Positions 22,149 through 33,700 of a stretch of DNA of 64,000 nt are shown one piece after another. The DNA comes from Styela clava (Eukaryota), in assembly GCF_964204865.1 (NCBI RefSeq), contig NC_135254.1:15252001-15316000 (forward strand), written 5' to 3'. Position 1 is the stretch's first letter. Each line of letters begins with the position of its first letter. Under the pieces are notes generated by a model. That model was not told the origin of the DNA. It searched no databases and saw only the letters and a list, made by a program, of their open reading frames with translations. A program made the translations under genes and the position numbers.

Positions 22149-22366
22149 AAGTCATTGCAAATTTAGGCTTGCAACCTTGCTATAAGTATCCATATTCAAT
22201 ATATAATTTTATGATAGAGATATTTGCTATTTTCACTCTTGTTCGGGGGATACTTTGCCTATTTTCACTTTCATTCTACTTTTCAGGATATTAATATTTG
22301 AAATTGCATTATTGCGCAATAAACCTATGGCTGGATTATTCTCTTGATTATATTAACTTTTAACAG

Positions 22367-25300
22367 CGTAATCAGCAAAGACGTCTTTTACGTTATCAGC
22401 GTAAAGTTGAAACATTAAAGTTTAAACGAAAATCTGAAAGGGAACGCAGAAAGGAAAAAAGAGCAGTAGAAAAGGTTTGAATTTTAACAATAACGCCAAC
22501 TTTTTAACGTTTTGAATAACAATTACACGTTGACCTATAGACCTGCATGACGACATATATGTATTGAAGATGCAGATATAATGGCAATCATAAGGTGAAG
22601 CATGAAGCAAGCTGGGCAGTCAATGGTACTTGAAATGGGTTAGGGATAGACGGAAAAATCCAGCTACCTATGTCACCTACTCCATCATACTGACTTTTTT
22701 GTTCAGTCATGAACTATTGTTTAATTTTTACAGCTCAATGACTTAACCCTGGAATCATGTCCATCACCAAGAACGCATTCTACAAGTAAACTTGCTAAAT
22801 CATTAATAAACTGTCGATTAAAAGAAGCTATGCAATGTATTGATTCTCTTAAAGTTTGTGTTGATCTGTCGTGGACTAATAGTATGAATAACAAGGTAGT
22901 TTTAATAGTTGTTTCATCACACTTTTATAATTCAAAAACGTTTTGGATTGTTGTTTATTTTTTCATTTTGGATCAAATTTGTGAACATCGTGAACAACCA
23001 ACTGTGCTTTCTGGGTATGTTAATCTATGCAGATTCTTCATGATTTTTTGAAGAACAGATTTCAGTGTAATCCAAATATCTTGTGAATGGGAGGAAAATT
23101 TAATATTGTGACACCCTAACTCTTGCTCAGAGAAAACAAAGCCAAGTTTCTCAAGTTGAGGAATTTATATAAATATTTAATGTTTGAGATTTATGAATTT
23201 TTTTCCCTTGGATAATCCGAATTCTCTGTCACTTATTTACTATTTGTAAATTATATCATTTCTGTACAGGAAGTATCAAAGTTAGCAGGTCAAATAGGAA
23301 GGTTATATGGATCTAACAGAAAAGCATCTTCTCCTGCTTCTTTGTATTTTACTGGTTTGTTTCATTTTCTCTATTTCAACTGTGCATTTTTTTAAATTCT
23401 GTCCCCTAAAAATACAGTACTAAAACTTTTATCATTGCAATTTGTGTTAAGTTGCCTGTAACTGTGAAAACTGAACGTTGTTTTTATAAAATCAGTGCTT
23501 CAAAATTTATCCTGTATTGGGACTGCGGCCCAATTTAAATACTGCACTCCCAACTCCGTGGCAACAAAATTTTGATAAGCTGAACTTTGGCGTGCTCATG
23601 CCTTTTTTAATTGAGAATACTTATTCAACTTGATGTTTTTTGAGTTTTTTTTTTAAAAAATTTTACGTTGATTGTAACCATGATAATTATCAGCATTAGG
23701 TCTTAAATTCAGTCTCTCGACTATTAGAATTCAAATTTCGACTCTCATTTCCTGGGAGTTTGAAATGTGACTATGGCCCAGATTCCAACAACAATAAAAA
23801 CATGCAATCTTTAAACTCTGACTCCATAACCCTGTTGAAAATGCTAAGGAATATTTGTGTTTGCTGTAATTTTGAATGGCTGTTCATACAAACATTTGAA
23901 TTGTTGACATCTGCTGTAAATATTCACATGTAGTAACTTCATCCCTTTGCATAATATCCATGTTGTAATCATGCTAATTTCAAAGTCTAGTATCCAAAGC
24001 ATTGTGGAAATAAAGGTTTTCATGTATTGCAGTCAATTGCAAATAAATCTGTCTTCATAATTTTGATTTCAAGAGAACGGAATTTAAGAGAAATTTGAAA
24101 TCAAATGTCTTTCAAAGTATTTGTGCATTTATATGAGTTAAATGCAATTAATATTTCTTTTTAGCTGAAAATGTTTCCAGTATAAGAAGAAAACAATATT
24201 TTTGTTTGAATTTCCAGGTTTTTCTTCGGATTCCCACCTGTATCAGGAATGTACTCGAAAACACAATGGATTTGAGAATTATAAAATAACTGTGACAGAA
24301 AATAGTTTTTTATCTTTGTTTGATAAAGAAAATCTTATCTATTTATCACCGGATGCAGAGATAGGTAAGATGTTATGAATGAAGATTTTGATTTAGTAGA
24401 TCACTGCTTAAGTACTTTTGGCACCTCCTCGAATTGAAAAATATTTCTTACTCAAGATTTCAGGTGTTCTTTTAATTGTCTTTTGAAAATGCCTTGTTGT
24501 CTTAATTCTGAGGTATTGTCAGAAATTTTGATTTCGATCAACACCATTAAAAGTTTGTAATTCCGACTGACATTTCTGGGAAATTCAGAATTTTGACTGC
24601 AAAGAGTTTTCGATGTTGTTGAAAACATACCAAACTCCTTAAGTACACAAGCCCTGTTCCAGCAATGTTAATGAACAATGAAGTACATTGCTGTATTTCA
24701 ATGCAAAACACTATGAAACTCCATATCAGTAGTTTTCAACCTTTATTGTGGAACGATAGAAAATTTCTTTAGGCTCTGGAAACCCCTGTGAAATTGATTG
24801 TAATTGTCATTATAAAATATGTCACGGAACACGAAACAGTTATTATTTGTTCATTAGAACCGTGTATTAGAGTATATTTGTTCAATATACATAGAATAAT
24901 AATATAGACTCTCGTATTCAAGTGTAACCTTGCGCAACCCCTGGACTGCGCTGCCGGAACCCTGAACGGCACCCTGGTTGAAAACCAATGCTCCCTTTAT
25001 ATCATAGATTAAAAGTTCAATAAATGATGTGATGTAGTTGCCAAGAATTATAATTTTTTTCATTCTCCAAATGTTTAAAATTACAGAATTAGACGCTGTC
25101 GATGCATCTCATATTTATATACTCGGTGGATTAGTTGATGAAACTGTCCGCAAACAACTGACCAATGATCGAGCTTCTGAAATAAGAATATCTTGTCGAC
25201 GTCTTCCCATACATACATATATGCACCGATCTGGTCACCATCACAGTTATTCAACTGTGCTTGCTATCAATCAAGGTATGGGAAAAAGAAATGTTTGCAT

Positions 25301-26269
25301 TTCTGACGCTAAGATATTTATTTGCTTGCTTCAATGGTGTGTTCGTTACTGATCAAAATCTATATGGTACTATCGTAGATTCGTAGTATGTGTACCAGGT
25401 TAGGGTTAGTTAGGCCATAATTTTATTCCGATTTTCCTCATTTTAGTTCTATTAAGAGTTTGGGGACTGTCTGTGTTAGCCAAGTGAAAATCCCCCTGGT
25501 CATAGGTTTCAGTCCATTTGCACAAATTGATGTAAAGTAGGCGAGCACAATTAGTTACCTTCATATTGATACACACAAGGGGGTTTGTGTTTTTACTTTT
25601 CCAGCTCGTTTCGTTATGTATATTGTTTCTGACAATAGATTCCAAACCATTGTTTATGAGTAGGACACTTTATATTAAGTCCATACTATTTCTGTGAAAA
25701 GTCATTTTTAGTATGTTTCTTAAACCAAATGTATGTTTTTTTTTTGAACAAAACACAAATGTTTTTTTTATTTATATACTAATATTTAGTTGCTCTAAAT
25801 GTACTTGTCGCTCAAGAAAGAATATCTATACTCAAATACTTATTCAACCTAATACATATATACTGGTATATGTTATAATAATAAGGGCTTCCGAAGTATG
25901 CGAACCAAGATAGCGGACATCGGAACGTAACAGGTTAGGGTTAGGCGATAATTTTTTTCCAATTTTCCTTATTTTAGTCCTATTATCAGTTCGGAGACTA
26001 GCCAAGAGCCTCCCGTAGTAATTATACCTAAAATTATGGCCTAACCCTAGTACCCATATTACATTGCGATGTCCGCCATCTTGGTTCGCATACTTCGGGA
26101 GCACCTAATAATATCTATATTAACAGCGATGGGGATTCCTTCTAATGCCACGTTTTATTTAGTATTCGACATCTTGTTGTCCTACTATTGCACTAAGAAT
26201 TGGAGAGAAGCGTTGATGAAAGGAATGCCTCCAAGAAAAGGATTTTTAATAAATGAGGATGTTAGCTGA
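22367..26269 (+). CDS. TRMT10B: tRNA methyltransferase 10 homolog B moiety (exons 10-15 of the probable fusion)
   Basis: Exons 22367-22474, 22734-22895, 23270-23354, 24218-24364, 25087-25275, 26163-26269. Motifs VCVDLS, SKLAGQIGRLYGSNRKA, YLSPDA, YILGGLVDE, RLPI..YM, LAINQVFDIL, NWREAL.KG...KG match TRMT10B. Confidence 0.93.
24727..24990. mobile_element. hAT-like MITE in an intron
   Basis: TIRs CAGTAGTTTTCAACC / GGTTGAAAACCAATG. Confidence 0.65.
25885..26105. mobile_element. Palindromic MITE (PIF/Harbinger-like; TAA on both flanks)
   Basis: Long TIR (GGTGCTCCCGAAGTATGCGAACCAAGATGGCGGACATC consensus) with internal GGTTAGGGTTAGG/CCTAACCCTA. Related copies at 46100, 54353, 6464, 1634 and 25366. 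Confidence 0.75.
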
Positions 26270-26710
26270 CCATATCTATGCACCACAGATGCCTTGATTG
26301 TGTTGCCTATTTATTTCAGCTCTATCGGCAATCATTAAAAGTATTCATTTTACGAGAATGATTTTCTTATAACATTCATGCCTGGACTATTCTTGAGAAA
26401 TGAAATATATATTTTGCTTTCGCATTTTGTAAAAATTTAAATTTAAAATATGTGAATTGTGGACACTTTTAAAAATTATATACCGGGCCTACCTATTTGT
26501 GCATTTCACTGGGCGGAAGTAAAAATACGATTTTTGGGGATATTTCTTTGTCAAACTGAGACTGCAAGTATTATATTTCATACAAGGGATTAGGTTGTCG
26601 GGTTTATTTAAGCTCGGTAATCTAAATATCTTGAGTGATAAGAACTCCATACTTATCGATTCGTAAACTTTGTTTATGGCTGATCAGTTTTAAATTGAGA
26701 TGTTAGAGTT

Positions 26711-26897
26711 GGTGACCGTACATTTGAACCCATGTACATTTGAACCCATGCGTATATCCACGGGTTCAATCTATATGCGGGTGCTAAAACCCATGGGTTA
26801 GTGTTAGTATGGGTTTAACTATCCGTGAAACAGAAAAAATTCCATAGGTGCAATAGCATACAGGTGCAATTGTCATGGGCTCAAATGTAATGGAACC
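26711..26897. mobile_element. Mutator-like MITE
   Basis: GGTGACCGTACATTTGAACCC...GGGCTCAAATGTAATGGAACC. An inverted sister copy at 44320-44495 has a perfect 9-bp TSD. Confidence 0.7.
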
Positions 26898-27301
26898 GTT
26901 AGTTTCGTACCCCGTCTGGGCAGCGCAGGAATTAAGACCGGTGAAACAATGACTATGGCTGATTGAAATTGCCAGAAACATTCCACTGAAATAACGATGA
27001 AGCAGGTATTGTTGAGATCGATGTATGGATTTGGAATACATTTATTTTGACTGACGTGGTGTTATGTAGTACCCGCGGGCCAGATGCGTCCGACCAGCGG
27101 CATATTTGTAGCAGCAAAGTTCCATAAAATATACGTCCGTGTTTTTGTTCCATAGCCCAGCGGTTCGAGGCGACAATTATAAGGGAATAAACTCACGGCG
27201 CACTTACACGAAAAAAATTGCTGCCATCAAATAAAACTCATTTTGTTATCGTTAGTGTGCACTTTATGCTTTTCAAAGTTTGAAAACATGAAGGCCTAGA
27301 G

Positions 27302-28825
27302 CAGGGATGGCGAAACTTTTTCAATGAATGGGTCAGAAAGTTTATTTTTATCGCGGAACTGAAGTGAGTGGGTCACAGATATTTAATCAATGTTTGTATC
27401 TATGAAAAACTTCTGAAATCCTATGAGCTTCTGTAGGTGGTGGTGTAGTTTTAGGCTTTACCTATGCAGGACTTCTATCAGGGACTTTTTATGGCACTGG
27501 ATTTTATAAAACTAGAGTACGAAAACACGCATATGAATAAACAAAAACGTTTAGGATGATGCGGCAAATTATTTTACGGTTACAAAGAATTTAGAGCTAA
27601 TTCAACTCTGATAGTTTTATATTTTTCAATCAGCTTTCAAGCACATTAAAGCACTTTTACACTGCCCCATTGTTATTTCAGATTCCTAGGTTTTTATTTC
27701 AAGTCTGGAAGATTTTGCTTTCTCAACGCCATTGTAGGCGAGAGACTAATAAAATGCAAAGTAACATCTAGATTCAGATTTTATTTTCGTCATGCAAAAC
27801 CAATATACGATATGAAAAAATAAATAAAAAAAGACATATAACAAATTACGAAGACAGATATCGGCTTGTTGCAATAGACGAGGGATCGCGAAAGACTCAA
27901 AGAGTCATCCAGTCAGCGACACCTTGTAGCTGCATTGAAGCAGCAAATATAGCAACCGAACAACTCAATATTAAATAGTCACTAAATTCGACACAATCAT
28001 ATATATAAAAGGGACAACAAAAAGAATGCCACAATGACCACGAAAAGTTACCTAAACATTCACTTAATTAGCCTCAATCACAAAAAGGAACAGAAAGTTT
28101 GAAAAATAAAATACAGGATGTCATAATAACTATGGAGTATTAGATATTTACCTAATTAAACTCGATCATACAGAGTAAGAACAAAATAAAATCGAAATAA
28201 ACACCGAGATACTACAATGATCACATCGTATTATATGACTTAACAGCGACATCTGTAAGAAGGATATGCCTCAATGACAACAAAGAATTGCGAAATAATG
28301 CTGACTAAGCATACAGTAAACCAATATGGCGTGCCCAGCAACGGGCTTCTGGCTGCGAGAATCAATACCGTTCTAGTCTATATCTAGTTCTCTTATAACC
28401 CCTAAAACAGTCTGCAGATGTACTTCTGAAAGGAACCACACGTTGCGAGAAAGGAACGAATCAATTGCATTGTTGTGTCATAAACGATGTCAGAGCCAAT
28501 AGCTGAATATAACGATACACAGCGATGCAAACATGCGTCCAACATTAGGCGTTTTGAAAACTACCTTAACGGCACCGAAATTAACAATTTAAATGAGCGA
28601 TCGCAGCCCTGACTGCCCAACTGACGGTACATTATAATAGTTTAGTTATTGTTAGATTAATTTAAGACCGGTTTTATCAATTTTTATCACTGATATATTA
28701 GCAGTTTATTTTTAAATTTTATTCGTGCCTTGGCCAAAGCGTGTATATAATATGGCCTTGGCGGGTCACGAATAAAACGACATGGGTCACTTTGTGACCC
28801 GCGGGTCAGTGGTTCGCCATCCCTG
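27302..28825. mobile_element. Non-autonomous hAT element
   Basis: TIRs CAGGGATGGCGAA / TTCGCCATCCCTG; 8-bp TSD GCCTAGAG at 27294-27301 and 28826-28833. Confidence 0.88.
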
Positions 28826-28833
28826 GCCTAGAG

Positions 28834-29964
28834 CAAGGGTGCCCAACCCGCGGCCCGCCTGACTGTTTTTCGCGGCCCAGACCAATAAATATTTTTAAGC
28901 ATACTTTTCAATTTTTTACTATGTTACAAATAGGCTTAAGTATGTTTCGTGGTTTTGGTGTAATTATTCCCGCCATCTATCTACATCCAGATGCCGATTC
29001 CTATTATTACGTATTATGTATCAAGTCTTGCGTCCTGGGTGACATCGACGTTCGTTTTTTTTTCGCAGAACTGTGCGTTCTGTTCGACGATCTCGAAAGA
29101 TGTTGTGCGATCATAGGCGACGAACGCTGAGCGCAATTGTGGGAATGAATTTGGAACCTAAATTTTCAAATTAGTTTCATTCTGATTGCTTTTTTTCGTG
29201 TAGGCTTTGATCGTTTTTATCGCCAACGTAAAAAAAATAGTCAACAATATTCTTTGCTTCTGGCTCCGGGACTCGTTTTTCTTTTATGTTTGTATTTTTG
29301 TTTATGATATGTTTGCGTTAAACAAAATTCAGGAAATATTATCACTGCGTATCCCGTCAACAATTCTGATAAAATTGACTTATTGACAATTCTACATATT
29401 CAAATTTAGTATATGCGGTATATTCGTCCAAAAGTTATTGTAATGTTTTTTTTTCACTAAATACTTGTATTAATGTTTCAAATTTCACGAAACGGCCCAC
29501 CAAAACTTGATGTTCCCGCATTGGCGCACATTACGCTCATTGAGACAATATCAAAGCCACTGAAAATAAATAAATAATTAAACTCCATGACTCAAATATA
29601 AGACTCAATTTTTACGTCTTTGTTTGTTAGTAACTCTGTGCAGATTCTCGTGTGGTTGTCATGAATTCACAATTGCGTTGTGTAATGATTGATTTTTTTG
29701 ATTCAGCGGCGCGCGAGTGTCAATGTCCACGCCTTGGGTTACCAGATATTCGACGAATATTTCGCCAGCACTAATGAGTAACCATGCAGTAAATAATTAT
29801 TAACGTGATTGATTTTATGTTAATATATTTTCCTTTTATGTATTATATAAATTCTAACGAAATCAGGACTTGGTTGGTATTAAAGTTTGGTACAAACGTT
29901 TGCGGCCCGCAACGAATTTTCTTATGTGAAAGTGGCCGCGAGATGAAAAGGTTGGGCAGGCCTG
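28834..29964. mobile_element. Second non-autonomous hAT element at the same target site
   Basis: TIRs CAAGGGTGCCCAACC / GGTTGGGCAGGCCTG; TSD GCCTAGAG at 28826-28833 and 29965-29972. Confidence 0.85.
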
Positions 29965-30797
29965 GCCTAGAGAATAAAATCAATGTCAACACTCCTCTAC
30001 CTGATTTTCCTTCGAAATATCAAAAAAAAAAACGCTCGTGTACGCTAAACTCGGTTCAGAAGATGAACAAACTGCAGCTCATGAAAGTGCAGCAAGTAAT
30101 GTCTAACTCTATTGTTACGTAACACGGAAGACCGACACTACGTAACAGAAAGTGAAAGACATGGAAAGATGAAATGAATTTATTGATTCATATACACAGC
30201 ATTTAAAATAAGAAACAATAAAACATTTATAATAAATACAATATGTAAATATTCAATCATATATTAGTTATTTAATTAACGCAATTCTGTTAACTTTCGG
30301 GACGCACCTATCAAATCGCCGTGGCACTCCCTTTGGGAACCGCTTCCATAGCCTATAGTAGATATTTTGAAATAACCTCGAATGCAAATGTACATACCGA
30401 TAAGTCCAAATATCCATGGGTACAACGATCGTGTAAATATTATTTTACCATTGCAATTACGCTCTGGGCTTAATTTATTTTCATAACATTTAAAGCATCG
30501 AAAACTAAAATACATTATAAAGAAAATATGATATATATGCATATATATATATATATGGCTCAAGTAAGCTGAGGGTCACTTGTGTTGGCTACATATCCCC
30601 AAATTTTGAGCACAAGGCCTGTCAGACAATACAGCCATCGCGGGATATTGTTATTGTACAGTTTATCCACATGTGTTATATTTATTATATATATTTCATC
30701 TGTGCATTTTACTGAAATTTATTTCAGTCGTTGACCTTGTGGATTCAATTTCCTGACGAAATATATCTGTGCAACAAATACGTAAAACAGCTATCCT

Positions 30798-33700
30798 TCA
30801 CCCTATTTTCCCACGTCTACGCGAAGTGACGCTTGCTGCCGCCAAATATTTTGAAAGATTTCGCTCCTCTTCGCCGTCTGATAAAGTGTCGTCATCTGAC
30901 AGTTGTGTATTATCGTTGGAAACTCTTTCCCCGGACATGCTTATTGGCCTCTTGCCAATAAAATCCCACACTTTTCTTGCAACGTCTTCATTCTCCAACT
31001 TTTGATTCTGAATTCTAAGTTTTAAGAGAAATTCTTTTTCATTTGATTCTAATTTAGACTTGACCACAGAGAGACGCGACTGTCCCTGTTTATCTTGGAT
31101 TTTATTGGCTGATTTTTTGTCCTCCGCAAAATTGGTTAAAAGATTTTCTATGCCATCCAACGATCCTCGATGCCGAGAGAATCTCACAGATTTCAAAGTT
31201 TCATTTGACTTTCTGGAACCTCGTTTTTGATCAGGTCTGTAAATGGAAATATTGCGGTGATAAGATAAATTGTAAATATGCTCTATCCTCAAATGCAGTA
31301 TAAAGACTGAAACAAACTATATAAATTAGTTTATTAAACAAATGAAGTCACCAGCAATGACAACATTCAATTTCGAATATCCTCAAATTCTAAGCTCAAT
31401 GACGACTTCGCGTCTACCCTGCTGGTTACAAATTATATATATTTCCTACCGCGGTATTTTGCTGTTGGTAGCCTGTTTAGACTATAAACGAAGCTCGGAG
31501 GCAGGTGATATTCACTCCTTGCCTATGCACTTATATTAGAGAGTAATATTGCAAGTATTGCATTGGCAAAAATATCTTTGAATAACAAATAAAGTGAAGA
31601 CTCGCCCACAGTCAGGGTCAGATTTACCAGGCCCCGACATCCAATTTATAACTATCGTGATTCTTTAATTAGTTTTTGTTTATTTGTTTTTATCAATTAT
31701 TCATCGCCTGCTATGCTGATTTTATTTCAAGTCGTTTTTGAATTGTAAAATCTTTGAAATATTTTAATCTGATTGATAATCTTTGTTTCAAATATTTACC
31801 ATTTGACAGGTTAGAAAATGAAATAATATACTATATACATTGAAAAATGAATTCGGTTAAAAAAGTTTGAAATTTTAAAATATTTTTCAGTACTGTCAAA
31901 TTCACCCAATAATTGGAACACCGCTTCACTGGAATGATTAGGGTTCTATCTTGCCTAAAACTTAAATTTTGCATTTCAATCTATAAATTGAAGTCATAAT
32001 ACCTTTTACGGGGCATGTTATGACGTACAAACGGATAAGTTATGACGTTCTTGTTGAAAGGGGGACTCACTATAGCATATCACCGTCTAAATCCGGCCCT
32101 GCTGGTACCAATATGTTTTGTTACAGATTTGAGGTTTTTAAATTTAACTTACCATCAATCTATTTAAGAGATTAGCGCGTGAATTTCGTATTTCACTCCA
32201 TTTAAAATTTATTCATGATGTCATACTTCACCTATACTTTCTATGACGACATAATGGATGCCACGATTCTATAGTTGAAAAGGAGCCTCACAAATGGCTT
32301 AGCCTAGGGCATAGGTTCTCAAAGTGCTCCGTACGGAGCCCCAGGGCTCCGCGAGAGAAACCCAGGGGCTCCGCGAGCTATTGGATTACTTTTCAAAATA
32401 CTGACTAGTTTTGTAACTGTTCTAATAAGAAGCAATAACAGCTTTGATAAAATCTGACAACGAAATAGCCTCGAAATATGGCAAAGAGGCGGAATTAAAA
32501 AATGACATTATTTATACACAGGAGCGCAGCCAGGATTCTTAAGAGGGTGGTGGTTCAAAATTGGAATCGGAAATTTCCGCACCTTAGCATTTAACGAACA
32601 ATTGAAATTTATTTTATTGCATTCGGCTCCGTCGGTAGTTTCAGAATGAAAAAAAAGGTACATCACGGAGCGCGCACAATTGATTGCATGACACGCCATG
32701 CTGACGAAAAAAATCGGCGATTGTAACAAAATGCAATTGCGCACGTTATTAGCGGCCTTTTAAGTCTTCCAAAAATGTCAAAAGGGAAAAGATTCGACCC
32801 CTTATTTATTAATATGTTTGTCAAGTGTCAAATTTACAGCTTTAGTGTATATATAATTTATGTTTGAAATTTAGATTTATGTATGACTTGTATTAACCCT
32901 AAGGTTCAGCATTTAAATTAAGTAAAGTACTTTTAACTTGCTCAGGAATATTAATCTGAAAGTAACAACTTTAACATTTATTTTGGGGCTCCGTGAATAA
33001 TAGTCAACCTTTCCAAGGGCTCCGCAACACCAAAAGTTTGAGAACCCCTGGCCTAGGGCACCGCTATTCAACCAGTGGGCCATGGCCCACTGCTGGGTAA
33101 CAGAAACATTTTCAGGTGGGCCACGAACCTACTGAAAATTGCTGGAATTATTGATTGATAAATCAATCAATTTTGATTGCAGTAGCAATGAATGATGATG
33201 CTGTTTTCCGTTACTGTTTTTTTCCTTGCATGAGAAAGTTAATGGACCACAGAATTTTTGTGGGACGAGAAGAAAAAAGACTGATCTGGGGCCTCCATGG
33301 TCTAAGTCCAGCCCTGCTCACAGTATAAAACTTATATAATGTTAAATACCTTGTTGCAGGTGACGTCCGTTGGTTCGGGGCTCGCATTTGCGACGACATG
33401 CTAAATCCGGTAATGGGTGGAGACCGTACACCCTTTGGCTCAGGTTCTCGTATTTCGTCATGTTTAGGTGCAATTTGCTTCAATTCTGCATCTTGATTTA
33501 TAACGGAACATACGCCGGACGTCATCCATATCATTGCTTCTGACTTGGCATCATCACTGTTAGGATGTGACGAGTGATGATTATTGCCTTCAGAACATTT
33601 CGCTTTGTCAGTGACTGAAACACGATTTTGGACTCTCATAGTAGAGGTCAAGGCGGACTCATCAGCATTCCGTCTCTGGCTTCCTTCGACAGCAGCTATT

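Noticed and set aside
22540-22700. Intronic C/D snoRNA (ATGACGA ... CTGA)
   Set aside because: C box is imperfect, spacing is long, there is no terminal stem, and the CTGA coincides with a likely branch point TACTGAC.
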